Position numbers and translations under genes: made by a program. The notes under the pieces are model-generated. The model did no database searches and was not told where the DNA came from. It saw nothing but the letters and a program-made list of their open reading frames with translations. This document shows, in pieces, positions 41,287 through 51,334 of a stretch of 64,000 bases of DNA. How positions within the stretch are numbered: position 1 is the first letter of the stretch; every line of letters starts with the position of its first letter. Source of the stretch: Chthoniobacteraceae bacterium (GTDB taxonomy: Bacteria; Verrucomicrobiota; Verrucomicrobiia; Chthoniobacterales; Chthoniobacteraceae). The stretch lies in assembly GCA_040081625.1 (NCBI GenBank), contig JBEBGD010000001.1:1-64000 (forward strand). Direction: 5' to 3'.

Positions 41287-43689
41287 ATGAAGCGCTGGTT
41301 CAGTGGCTTGAGCGTTCCCGGACAACTGCGGCTGATCCTCGTCTTTTTGATCCTGCCCAATGTGTTGATGCTCTATTTCTTCGTCACGGGCATCAACGCG
41401 AACATCCGCTTCGCCGAGCTGGAGCAGAAGGGGAGCGAGTTTCAGCGTCCGCTGGAAGACTTGCTCGAGCTGATTCCGCAGCACGGCCGGCTGAGCGAGC
41501 AGGTGAGCCGGGACGCACCGACGAGCCCCGAACTCGTGGTGAAGCAGCGGAAGATCGATTCGGCGATGACAACGCTGCTGGCGGTGGATGCCCGGCTCGG
41601 TCGCGAGCTGCAATTTACCGATGAAGGACTGGCCAAGCGGGATCGGGAGCATTTCCGCCCCGCGACGCTCCGGGCGGAGTGGGAGGGCTTGCGCGCGCGA
41701 CTCTCCGAGCACACGCCGGCGGCGCGCGCCGAACGCCACCGCCACCTTGTTTCCGACGTGCGCGAGATGATCCGGCACGTCGGAGATATGTCCAATCTCA
41801 TCCTCGATCCGGACCTCGACAGCTACTACCTGATGGACGTGACGCTGCTGGCGCTGCCGGCGGCGAAGCACAGGCTCGCGGAGATCATCGCCTACGGAAG
41901 GGAGGCTCTCCAGGACCGCAAAACGCTACCCAGGAGGCGATCGCAACTGGCCATCCACGCCGCGCTGCTGCGCGAGTCGGCCCTCGATCGGGTCACCGGG
42001 AGCGTGCGGACAGCGTTGAACGAAGACGCGAACTTTTACGGAACGAGTGCCAGCCTCCAGGCCGAGCTGCCGGCGGCGCTTGAGAACTACATCGCCCGCA
42101 TGGAGGGGTTCATCTCGCTGAACACGCGCATCGCGGATGGCGAGGAACTCGCGTTGAGCCCGGAGGAATACCTGGCGGCGGGCAGCGCCGCTCGCTCAGC
42201 CGCCTTCCAGCTCTGGGCGGTCGCCGAGCGCGAACTGCGCACGTTGCTCGAGCGCCGGATCGATCACTATCGCGGACGGCGGACCTTGAGCATGGCGGTG
42301 GCCGGTTGTGCGCTGCTGGCCGCCGTGGCCTTCATGGCCGTGATCTGCCGGGGCGTCACCAGGCCGTTGCGCCGGCAGGCGGCGGCGCTGGCTGCGGGCA
42401 ATGAGGAACTGCGCGCCGAAGTCGCCGAGCGCGTGCGGGCGGAGGAATCGTTGCGCGAGAGCGAGGCGCGTGTGCGGGCCGTGGTCGATAGCGCGCTGGA
42501 CGCGGTGGTGAAGATGGACACGACGGGCCGCATCATCGGCTGGAATCCGCAGGCCGAGGTCATCTTCGGCTGGAAGCACGAGGAGGTCATCGGGCGCACG
42601 CTTTCCGAGACGATCGTGCCTGCGCAGCACCGCGAGGCGCATGAGCGCGGGATGAAACGCTTCATAGCGACCGGGGAGGCGCGCGTGCTGAACCGGCGGA
42701 TCGAAATCACCGCACTGCGGCGCGGCGGAGAGGAGTTCGACATCGAGCTGGCCATCACACAGATCAAAATGCAGGAGCGCATGGAATTCTGCGCGTTCCT
42801 GCGCGACATCACGGCGCGCAAGCGGCAGGAGGCGGAGATGGCGGAGCTGAACAAGCAGATCGCGGATGCCTCGCGGCGGGCCGGCATGGCGGAGGTGGCC
42901 ACGGGCGTGCTGCACAATGTCGGCAACGTGCTCAACAGCGTGAACATCTCGCTCGAGACCGCGGCGAAGAAGGTCGCGAGCTTGAAGGCCGGGAGCCTCG
43001 CGAAGGTCGCGGCGCTTTTGCAGGAGCACGCCGCGAATCCGGCGGCATTTTTTGCGGGAGCACAGGGAGCCGGCCTGCCCGTCTTCCTGAGCCAGCTTGC
43101 GGAGCACTTCGTGAGTGACCAGGCGTCGGTGCTCGGGGAGCTGCGTTCGCTCAAGGGCAACGTCGAGCACATCAACGAAATCGTGGCCATGCAGCAGCGC
43201 TACGCTGGACTGGGCGGTGTCACCGAAATCCTCGCGGTGTCCGATGTGATCGAAGATGCGCTGCACCTGAACTCGGTCGCGCTCGATCGCCACGGCGCCG
43301 TCGTGGTGCGCGAGTTCGATGCTTCGCTGCCCGCCATGCCGCTCGATCGGCACAGGATCCTGCAGATTCTCGTGAACCTCATCCGCAACGCGAAATACGC
43401 GATGGATGAACCGGGCGCCTGCGGCAAGCAACTGACCGTGCGCACGCGGCGGAGCGAGGCGACCTTCGACGTCGCGGTCATCGACATGGGCGTCGGCATC
43501 AGCCCGGAAAACCTCACGCGCATTTTCGCAGCCGGCTTTACCACCAAGCGCAACGGCCACGGCTTCGGCCTCCACTCCAGCGCACTTGCGGCCCGGGGGA
43601 TGGGCGGCGCGCTCCGCGTGGAGAGCGAGGGCACCGGCCGCGGCACCACCTTCACCCTCGAGCTGCCGCTGCCGCTCTCTGCATCATGA
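41287..43689 (+). CDS. Membrane sensor histidine kinase with large helical periplasmic domain and PAS
   Basis: TM - ~300-aa periplasmic region (SNLILDPDLDSYYLMD) - TM - PAS (WNPQAE.IFGW) - GMAEVATGVLHNVGNVLNS - NLIRNAKYAM - FTTK..GHGFGL. Confidence 0.9.
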   Translation: MKRWFSGLSVPGQLRLILVFLILPNVLMLYFFVTGINANIRFAELEQKGSEFQRPLEDLLELIPQHGRLSEQVSRDAPTSPELVVKQRKIDSAMTTLLAVDARLGRELQFTDEGLAKRDREHFRPATLRAEWEGLRARLSEHTPAARAERHRHLVSDVREMIRHVGDMSNLILDPDLDSYYLMDVTLLALPAAKHRLAEIIAYGREALQDRKTLPRRRSQLAIHAALLRESALDRVTGSVRTALNEDANFYGTSASLQAELPAALENYIARMEGFISLNTRIADGEELALSPEEYLAAGSAARSAAFQLWAVAERELRTLLERRIDHYRGRRTLSMAVAGCALLAAVAFMAVICRGVTRPLRRQAAALAAGNEELRAEVAERVRAEESLRESEARVRAVVDSALDAVVKMDTTGRIIGWNPQAEVIFGWKHEEVIGRTLSETIVPAQHREAHERGMKRFIATGEARVLNRRIEITALRRGGEEFDIELAITQIKMQERMEFCAFLRDITARKRQEAEMAELNKQIADASRRAGMAEVATGVLHNVGNVLNSVNISLETAAKKVASLKAGSLAKVAALLQEHAANPAAFFAGAQGAGLPVFLSQLAEHFVSDQASVLGELRSLKGNVEHINEIVAMQQRYAGLGGVTEILAVSDVIEDALHLNSVALDRHGAVVVREFDASLPAMPLDRHRILQILVNLIRNAKYAMDEPGACGKQLTVRTRRSEATFDVAVIDMGVGISPENLTRIFAAGFTTKRNGHGFGLHSSALAARGMGGALRVESEGTGRGTTFTLELPLPLSAS

Positions 43690-45467
43690 TCCTTCCCGCA
43701 CCGCGCCGCATTCTCGTCATCGACGACAACCCGGCGATCCACGCCGATTTCCGGAAGATCTTCTGTCCCGCGACCAACGCGGAAGTGGATCGGAGCGAGG
43801 CGTCATTTTTCGGCGAACCGCTTCCCGAGTCCACGCTCGGCACCTTCGAGATCGAGTCGGCATTTCAGGGCGAGGGTGGCGTCGCGCGGCTCGAGCGGGC
43901 GCTGGCGGAGGGCCGGCCGCCTTCGGTCGCCTTCGTCGATGTCCGGATGCCACCCGGCATCGATGGCATCGAGACCGCCGAGCGGCTCTGGAAGCTCGCG
44001 CCCGATCTTCAGGTGGTCATCTGCACGGCCTACTCCGACTACTCCTGGGAGGAGATGATCGCGAAGCTCGGCCAGCGCGACCAGTTGCTCATCCTGAAAA
44101 AGCCGTTCGCCGCCATCGAGGCACTCCAGCTCGCGTGCGCGCTCGGCGAGAAGTGGCACATGGCGCAGACGGCCCGCGAGCACCTGGCGGAAATCGAGCG
44201 CGTCGTCGAGGAGCGCACCCGGGAGCTGCGCGACGCGAATCACGAACTCGCCGCCGAGATCGAGCAGCGCAAGCAAGCCGAGTCGCACCTTTTGCGCGCC
44301 CAGCGGCTCGAGAGCATCGGCACGCTTGCGGGCGGCCTCGCGCACGACTTGAACAACCTGCTCAGCCCCATCCTCGTCTCCGCGCAGTTGCTGCGCGACG
44401 AATGGCCGCCGGAGGCTCGCGAGGAATTCATTGCCACGATCGAGACCAGCGCCGAGCGCGCGGCCGGCATCATCCGGCAGGTGCTCACGTTTGCCCGCGG
44501 CATCGAGGGCGAGCGCGTCCCGCTCCAGCCGCGGCAGCTCGTGATCGAGATCCGGAAGATCATCGGCGAGACTTTTCCCCGGCACATCAACATCGAGATC
44601 GACCTTGGGGAAGACCTCTGGCTCATCGAAGGCGACGCGACCCAACTGCACCAGGTCCTCATGAATCTCTGCGTCAACGCCCGCGATGCGATGCCCAGCG
44701 GCGGCACGCTGCGCATCGCGGCGGAGAACTTCGAGGCCACGGCGCACCACGTCGGCGCCGTCGTCGGACAACGCGCGAGCCGATGCGTGAAGCTGTGTGT
44801 TTCCGACACCGGACACGGCATCCCGGCGGAGGTTGCGGATAGAATCTTCGATCCGTTTTACACGACAAAGGAAGTCGGCAAGGGCACCGGGCTGGGGCTC
44901 TCCACCGCGGCCGGCATCGTCAAGAGCCACGGGGGCTTCATCGATCTCCGCAGCGAGCCGGGCAAGGGCACCACGTTCGAAATCGTCCTGCCCGCCGTCC
45001 ACGACAGCGTCCCGGCGAAGGTCGCGTCCGGCGCCACTTCACCCGCCGTCGGCAACGGCGAATTGATCCTCGTCGTGGACGATGAGGATCATGTCCGCAG
45101 CGTGATCGATGCCGCCTTGAAGGCACACGGCTACCGCGTCCTCGTCGCCGCCGATGGCGCCGAGGGACTCACCAACTTCGTCGCGCGCCGCGGCGAGATC
45201 CGCGCCGTCGTCACCGACCTGGACATGCCGTTCGTCGATGGAGTCGCGCTGTGTCGCGCGCTGCGCCGGATCGCACCGTGCGTGAGCATCGTCGCCACCA
45301 CCGGCACCATGGACGACGCGCGTGAGCTGGAGCTCCACGCGCTGAACGTCCGCACCATCCTCCCCAAGCCCTTCCCGACCAATGCCCTGCTTGGCGCGTT
45401 GCAGGATGCCATCGAGTCGGGCGAGTCGGCGGTTGTTTCACCGGTCCCGATGATCGCGGTCGCCTGA
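43686..45467 (+). CDS. Hybrid histidine kinase REC-HisKA-HATPase-REC
   Basis: ILVIDDNPAIH.DFRKI, FVDVRMPPGIDG, CTAYSDYSW, GLAHDLNNLL, FDPFYTTKEVGKGTGLGL, C-terminal REC. ATGA overlap with the upstream kinase. Confidence 0.92.
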   Translation: MILPAPRRILVIDDNPAIHADFRKIFCPATNAEVDRSEASFFGEPLPESTLGTFEIESAFQGEGGVARLERALAEGRPPSVAFVDVRMPPGIDGIETAERLWKLAPDLQVVICTAYSDYSWEEMIAKLGQRDQLLILKKPFAAIEALQLACALGEKWHMAQTAREHLAEIERVVEERTRELRDANHELAAEIEQRKQAESHLLRAQRLESIGTLAGGLAHDLNNLLSPILVSAQLLRDEWPPEAREEFIATIETSAERAAGIIRQVLTFARGIEGERVPLQPRQLVIEIRKIIGETFPRHINIEIDLGEDLWLIEGDATQLHQVLMNLCVNARDAMPSGGTLRIAAENFEATAHHVGAVVGQRASRCVKLCVSDTGHGIPAEVADRIFDPFYTTKEVGKGTGLGLSTAAGIVKSHGGFIDLRSEPGKGTTFEIVLPAVHDSVPAKVASGATSPAVGNGELILVVDDEDHVRSVIDAALKAHGYRVLVAADGAEGLTNFVARRGEIRAVVTDLDMPFVDGVALCRALRRIAPCVSIVATTGTMDDARELELHALNVRTILPKPFPTNALLGALQDAIESGESAVVSPVPMIAVA

Positions 45468-45529
45468 CCCGCGCGCGACCGAAAGCGTTGCAAAGGAAAG
45501 TCGGCTCGGGAAATTACCCACCCGAACTC

Positions 45530-47923
45530 ATGACTCTCAACGATCGCATCGCGCCCGACCGCATGGCGCAAAGGCTGGCTTCCGTGGTGGCGTGCGCTGT
45601 GTTTTGCCTGACTGCTGCGTCGGGCGCGCGGGCGGCGGAGCATCCGGGCGCGGCGATTTACCAGAAGCTGTGCATCGAGTGTCACGGCAAGGATGGGGCG
45701 GGGGTGAAGGACAAGTATGACGAGCCGCTGCACGGCAATCGCTCGATCGAGGCGCTCGCGAAGCGGATCGCGAAGACGATGCCGGAGGATAATGTGGGCG
45801 CGTGCGTGGGCGAGGATGCGAAGCAGGTGGCGGCTTATATTTACGACGCGTTTTATTCGCCGCAGGCGCACGCGCGGCTGAAGCCGCCGGAGTTCGATGT
45901 CGCGCGGCTCACGATCGCGCAGTATCGCGCGTCGGTGGCGGATGTGGTGGGGCGGTTTCGTCCGGGCTTCGACAAGCCGCTGGGCACGGAGCGCGGGTTG
46001 AAGGGATTCTACTCGGGGCTGGCGATCGAGAAGCCGGAGCCGGTGGTGGAGCTGCCGCCGGGCGCGGCGACGCCGCCTCCGAAGAAGAAGAAGGGCGATC
46101 CGCCGAAGGCGCGGTTCGACCGGCTCGATGGGCAGGTCGCGTTCGCTTTCGGCGAGGGAAGTCCGGATGCGGAGAAGCTGCGCAACGAGGAGTTCGCGGT
46201 GCGCTGGGAAGGGTCGATCATCGCGGAGGAGACGGGCGTGTATGAGTTCATCGTGAAGACGGAGAACGGCGTGCGGCTGTGGGTGAATGACACGAAGACG
46301 AACCTGATCGACGCGTGGGTGAGCAGCGGGCCGGAGGTGCGCGAGCAGAAGCGGAGCATCTACCTGCTCGGCGGGCGCGCGTATCCGCTGACGCTCGAGT
46401 TTTTCAAATACAAGGAGAAGACCGCGTCGGTGCAACTGCTCTGGAAGCCGCCGCATGGCGTGGTGTCGGTGATCCCGCAGCAGGCGCTGTCGCCGGTGCG
46501 GTTGCGCGAGACGATGGTGGTGAAGGCGACCTTTCCGCCGGACGATCGGAGCGAGGGCTACGAGCGCGGCACCGGCGTGTCGAAGGCGTGGGACCATGCG
46601 ACGACGGAGGCGGCGATCGAGGTGGCCGAGCATGTGGAGAAGAACCTCGAGGAGCTCGCGGGCGCGCAGGCGAATGCGGCGGATCGCGCGGAGAAGCTGC
46701 GGGAGTTTGCGCGGCGGTTCGCGGAGGCGGCGTTCCGCCGGCCGCTCGGCGGGGAGGACGCGCGGCTGATGGTGGAGCGGCAGTTCGAGACGGCGAAAAC
46801 GCCGGAGATCGCGGTGAAGCGTGTCGTGCTGCTCGCGCTCAAGTCGCCGCGCTTTCTTTTCCCCGACCTGCCGCACGACGGCGCGCCGGACGATCACGAA
46901 GTCGCCGCGCGGCTCGCGCTGTATCTGTGGGACTCGATCCCGGATGCGAATCTGCTGCGGGCGGCGGAGCAGGGGAAGCTGCGCACGCAGGAGCAGATCG
47001 CGGAGCAGGCGCGGCGGATGATCGGCGACGCGCGCGCGAAGGCGAAGGTGCGCGGGTTCTTCCACCACTGGCTGGAGCTGGAGCGGGCGGAGGCGATCGC
47101 GAAGGATCCGAAGGCGTTTCCCGGATTCGACGCGGCGGTGCTCGCGGACCTGCGGACGTCGCTGGAGCTTTTCCTCGACGAGGTCGTGTGGAGCGAGCGG
47201 TCGGATTATCGGGAGCTGTTGCAGGCGGATTATCTGCTGCTCAACGAGCGGCTCGCGAAGCTCTACGGCAAGAGCGTGGACGGCGAAGGTTTTCAGCGCG
47301 TGGGCTTCGACCCGAAGCAGCGCGCGGGCGTGGTGACGCATCCGTATCTGCTCGCCGCATTCGCCTCGAGCAAGCAGACCTCGCCGATCCATCGCGGCGT
47401 CTTCCTCACGCGCACGATCGTGGGCATGACGCTGCGGCCGCCGCCGGAGGCGGTCGCGTTCGAGGACGCGAAGTTCGACGCGCACCTGACGATGCGCGAG
47501 AAGGTGACCGAGCTGACCAAGAACACGAGCTGCATGGGCTGTCACAAGACGATCAATCCGCTCGGCTTCAGCCTCGAGAACTACGACGCGATCGGCCGCT
47601 GGCGCACGAAGGAGGGCGACAAGCCGATCGATGCCGCGAGCGATTTCTCGACGAACGAAGGCCAGACGATCCGGCTCACCGGCGCGCGCGACCTGGTGAA
47701 GTTCGCCGCCGAGAATGCGGACGGGCATCGCGCATTCATCCACCAGCTTTTCCAGCACGCGTCGAAGCAGGCCGTGAATGTCTATGGCCCCGACACGCTG
47801 GAGATGCTGCGCAAGACATTCGCCGAATCCGACTACAACATCCGCAAGCTCCTAACCGAGGTCGCCATCACCGCCGCGATGCGCGGGATGCCCGGGCGCG
47901 AGGGGAAAGTCGCGCAGCAATGA
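45530..47923 (+). CDS. Secreted cytochrome c / PA14 / DUF1592-DUF1588-DUF1585 family protein
   Basis: Signal peptide; haem motifs CIECH and CMGCH; PA14-like [17 protein letters not shown]...[57 protein letters not shown]. Start could be 45563. Confidence 0.87.
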   Translation: MTLNDRIAPDRMAQRLASVVACAVFCLTAASGARAAEHPGAAIYQKLCIECHGKDGAGVKDKYDEPLHGNRSIEALAKRIAKTMPEDNVGACVGEDAKQVAAYIYDAFYSPQAHARLKPPEFDVARLTIAQYRASVADVVGRFRPGFDKPLGTERGLKGFYSGLAIEKPEPVVELPPGAATPPPKKKKGDPPKARFDRLDGQVAFAFGEGSPDAEKLRNEEFAVRWEGSIIAEETGVYEFIVKTENGVRLWVNDTKTNLIDAWVSSGPEVREQKRSIYLLGGRAYPLTLEFFKYKEKTASVQLLWKPPHGVVSVIPQQALSPVRLRETMVVKATFPPDDRSEGYERGTGVSKAWDHATTEAAIEVAEHVEKNLEELAGAQANAADRAEKLREFARRFAEAAFRRPLGGEDARLMVERQFETAKTPEIAVKRVVLLALKSPRFLFPDLPHDGAPDDHEVAARLALYLWDSIPDANLLRAAEQGKLRTQEQIAEQARRMIGDARAKAKVRGFFHHWLELERAEAIAKDPKAFPGFDAAVLADLRTSLELFLDEVVWSERSDYRELLQADYLLLNERLAKLYGKSVDGEGFQRVGFDPKQRAGVVTHPYLLAAFASSKQTSPIHRGVFLTRTIVGMTLRPPPEAVAFEDAKFDAHLTMREKVTELTKNTSCMGCHKTINPLGFSLENYDAIGRWRTKEGDKPIDAASDFSTNEGQTIRLTGARDLVKFAAENADGHRAFIHQLFQHASKQAVNVYGPDTLEMLRKTFAESDYNIRKLLTEVAITAAMRGMPGREGKVAQQ

Positions 47924-49015
47924 AACCGAAAGCACCCAATCAAATGAGCCCAATCAATCGTCGCCAATTCCTGCGCCACTTCGGCGTCTCCGCCGCCGCG
48001 CTGCCCTTCCTCGCCGGTCTGCCGAGCCTCACCGGCGCGCCGCTCCCGCAGCGCCGCCAGCGCGTGGTCATCATGTTCTCGCCGAACGGCACGCTGCCGA
48101 GTGACTTCTGGCCCGACGCCGGCGCGGAGGAGCTGGTCTTCAAGTCGATCCTGCAACCGCTCGAGCCGTTCAAGGCGCGCACGCTCGTGCTCAACGGCAT
48201 CGCCAACAAAATCCGCGGCGACGGCGACAGCCACATGCGCGGGATGAGCTGCCTGCTCACCGCGAGCGAACTGCTGCCCGGCAACATCCGCGGCGGTGGC
48301 GGCAGTCCGGCGGGTTGGGCGGGGAACATCTCGATCGACCAGGAGATCAAAAACTTCCTGCAAAGCCGCCCGGACACGCGCACGCGTTTCGGTTCGCTGG
48401 AATTCGGCGTGGCCGTGCCCGATCGCGCGGACCCGTGGACGCGCATGAGCTACGCGGGAGCGAACCAGCCCATCGCGCCCGTGGACAATCCGTATCAGAT
48501 GTTCGGCAAGCTTTACGGACAGATGAAGGATCGCGACAGCCTCGTGAGCATCCTCGACGACGTGCGCGACGCTCCAATACATGCGCTCGGTCGGCCAGGC
48601 GCAGATGCGCTGGCTCGGCGTCGAGGAGGGCCACCACACGCTTTCCCACGAACCCGACAGCAACCAGGGCGCGTATGAAAAGCTGCAGAAGATCAACACG
48701 TGGTTCTGCGGCGAGTTTGCCTACCTCGCGAAGCGCCTCTCCGAGACGCCCGAGCCGACTGGCGAAGGCAGCATGCTCGACCACACGCTGCTCGTGTGGA
48801 CCAACGAACTCGGCAAAGGCAACTCGCACACGCTCGACAACATCCCGTGCGTGCTCGTCGGCGGAGGCACCGGCTTCAAGATGGGCCGCAGCGTGAAGTT
48901 CGACGGTATTCCGCACAACCGCCTCTGGCTCGCCATCGCGCACGCGATGGGTCACCGGATCGAGACCTTCGGCAAGGCCGCGCTATGCCAGGGCGGCCCG
49001 CTCGACCTCGCGTAG
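47920..49015 (+). pseudogene. DUF1552-family protein, frameshifted by an apparent internal deletion near 48566-48571
   Basis: The N-part ([19 protein letters not shown] ... SILDDVRD) is in one frame. The C-part ([36 protein letters not shown]) is in another. Usual position downstream of a DUF1592 gene, with ATGA overlap. Confidence 0.8.
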
Positions 49016-49252
49016 GCGTCGGCGTCGCGATCAGGCTTGCCAATCCAGCGGCGATATCGAGTAGCTCGTTCATCGGAAGTTCGGAAAGGCTCGGGTGACT
49101 CCTGAACGAGAAGCGCGGATTTTCGGCAGTGTCCGCATTTGGCTTGTTTGGCAGGAAAGAAGCGCTCGGCCCGATTCCCGCCTGCGCCGGTTACGGAGCG
49201 GCGAGCGCTGCACACGAGTTGGATTCATAAATTGTGAAGTCGCGGTGCAACC

Positions 49253-50695
49253 TCACGCCGTCGCGCCCATCAACTCCGCGATCGGTCTGCCATCGCTTAC
49301 GATCGGCGTGGGGCGTCCGGCGAAGTCGTTGATCGTGATCTTCGCGGCGTCGATGCCGAGATGGTGATAGATCGTCGCGAGGAAATCGCCGGGGCCGCAC
49401 GGGCGCTCGACGACATCCTCGCCGCGCGGATCGCTGGCGCCGATGACTCCGCCGGTCTGGATGCCGCCGCCGGACCACAGATTCGTGAACGCGCGCGGCC
49501 AATGATCGCGGCCCGGCTGCACGACGCCCGCGGGCGCGCTGGCCTGGCCGCCACCGGAACTCGCGACCTGGCTGATCTTCGGCGTGCGGCCGAACTCGCC
49601 GCTCACCACGACGAGCACTCGCTTGTGCAGGCCGCGCGCATAGACGTCCTCGATCAGTGCCGACACCGCTTGATCGAACGGCCCGGCGCGGAAGCGCAGC
49701 GCATCGAAGACGTGATGATTGACCGCGTGATCGTCCCAATTCGACACGCGCCCGCACTGAGGCCCGTCGAGACAACTGGTGATGATCTCGACGCCCGACT
49801 CGACGAGCCGCCGCGCGAGCAGGAGTTGCTGTCCCCAACGATGCCGCCCGTAGCGGTCGCGCGTGCGTGCGTCCTCCTTGCCGAGGTCGAAGGCATCGCG
49901 GGTCCGCGGGTTCGTCAGCAGCGTCATCGCCTGCGCCTCGAACTGATCCATCGTCCGCATCTCGCCGGATGCATCGACTCCACGCTCCAGCGAATCGAGG
50001 CTGCGGCGCAGCGCGACGCGATCATTGAGCCGATCGACGTGCGCCGGGCCGGACACGCCGATGTTTGGAATCTCGAAGTCGGGCCGGCTCGGATCGCCCA
50101 TGATCGCAAAGGGCGAATACGCCGGACTCACGTAGCCGGGTCCGGCGATGGTGAAGCTGTCGTAGTTGATGATCGGGTTGACGCCCACGTAGGTCGGCAG
50201 CGGTTTTTCCTTCCGATCCTTGGAGCGGAGATAATTCGCCACGGTCATCCAGTCGGGCAGGCGCGGCTTCGGTTTGTCGATCGCGTCGGGATCGCCCGAG
50301 AGCATTTGCAGCGAGCCCGCCGGGTGTCCGCCGCCGGTGTGCGTCATCGAGCGCAGCAGCGTAAATTTGTCCGCGATCTCCGCCTGGAGCGGGAGCAGTT
50401 CCGTGAGCTGCATCCCCGGCACTTTGGTCGCGATCGTCTTGAACGGCCCGCGATACTCGCCGCCGATGTCCGGCTTCGGATCGTAGGTATCGAGATGCGA
50501 ACACCCGCCGCGCAGCCACACGAGGATGACCGCCGTCTTCTCGCGGGAAGACTTCGCGCTGGTCTCCGCGCGAAGCCGCAGCAGCCCCGGCCAGCTCAAG
50601 CTCGCAAACCCGGTGAGCCCGATGCGCATGAACCCGCGGCGGTTCAGCGGACCGGCACACGACGTGAGTGCTGGGGAGTCGGAAGGCGAAGGCAT
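49253..50695 (-). CDS. DUF1501 family protein (480 aa)
   Basis: NRRGFMRIG leader; VILVWLRGGCSHLDTYDPKP; RDRYG...GQQLLLARRLVESGV; WDDH; GEFGRTPKI; GRDHWP. Confidence 0.9.
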   Translation of the reverse strand: MPSPSDSPALTSCAGPLNRRGFMRIGLTGFASLSWPGLLRLRAETSAKSSREKTAVILVWLRGGCSHLDTYDPKPDIGGEYRGPFKTIATKVPGMQLTELLPLQAEIADKFTLLRSMTHTGGGHPAGSLQMLSGDPDAIDKPKPRLPDWMTVANYLRSKDRKEKPLPTYVGVNPIINYDSFTIAGPGYVSPAYSPFAIMGDPSRPDFEIPNIGVSGPAHVDRLNDRVALRRSLDSLERGVDASGEMRTMDQFEAQAMTLLTNPRTRDAFDLGKEDARTRDRYGRHRWGQQLLLARRLVESGVEIITSCLDGPQCGRVSNWDDHAVNHHVFDALRFRAGPFDQAVSALIEDVYARGLHKRVLVVVSGEFGRTPKISQVASSGGGQASAPAGVVQPGRDHWPRAFTNLWSGGGIQTGGVIGASDPRGEDVVERPCGPGDFLATIYHHLGIDAAKITINDFAGRPTPIVSDGRPIAELMGATA

Positions 50696-50938
50696 GTCGG
50701 GCTTACGCAGACACACAACCCGGAGGCGGCGCAGTCCAAAGGGATTTGCTTTCCGCAACGGGGGAGTCCTGTTCCGAGCGGTCGCGCCGTGGCTCCGCGA
50801 CACCTGCGCGGCGCGGCATGATCCGATCAAACCCGGTTGGCATCCTTTTGGCTTCGCTGCGGGAACGGGATGCCCGGTCCGTCCGCTCCGCGGTTCTTTG
50901 CGTTTGCCAATGCGAGCGGATGAGCCTCCGGTAGCGCC

Positions 50939-51247
50939 ATGACTGAATCGACGTCCAAGCCCGAGACCGCCCTGCAAAAAGTGAAACGGCACCTGAAGAT
51001 CGCCGGGCCCGAGCCTGAGACCGTCATACGCCGCAAGTTGCAGCGCGCGTTCGATCGCCTGAACCCGCCCATTGCGCTCTCCATCCGCGGCGACAAGCCA
51101 TACGAAGCGAAGTGGCGGGAGGGTGCGGAGCTGGCGTTCAGCGGTTTCGGCAATACGGCCGATAGTGCGGCGATCAATGCCGCCGCCGAGCTTTTCGAGT
51201 CGCCGAGGGGCGCGGAGATCCTGGCCGCATTGGCCGGGAAGATTTAG
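50939..51247 (+). CDS. Hypothetical protein (102 aa)
   Basis: ATG-started ORF with ordinary globular composition in an otherwise empty gap. No recognisable motif. Confidence 0.55.
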   Translation: MTESTSKPETALQKVKRHLKIAGPEPETVIRRKLQRAFDRLNPPIALSIRGDKPYEAKWREGAELAFSGFGNTADSAAINAAAELFESPRGAEILAALAGKI

Positions 51248-51334
51248 GGGCGGGGGAGTCATTGGTGAGTCGCGACGAGATTCTGCGTGCTTGCGCGCCA
51301 GGTGGGAGTCTCGCGTAGTTTCATCCATCGCCCC

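Noticed and set aside
45560..47900. Apparent shift from G-rich to C-rich synonymous codons within the DUF1592 gene as a sign of mosaic origin
   Set aside because: An impression only, with no mobility genes or junction repeats. It needs a computed GC-skew and codon analysis.
46315..47919. 5' part of the 787-aa ORF 46315-48678
   Set aside because: Out-of-frame shadow within the DUF1592 gene. Only the part from ATG 47920 is DUF1552-like.
49016..49252. Short ORFs or possible sRNA in the convergent gap between DUF1552 and DUF1501
   Set aside because: No convincing start context, motif or stable structure; cannot be supported by eye.
50890..50910. GGCAAACGCAAAG on the minus strand, reminiscent of a c-di-GMP-I riboswitch
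   Set aside because: The GNRA-capped stem between the two motifs and the second hairpin are missing.
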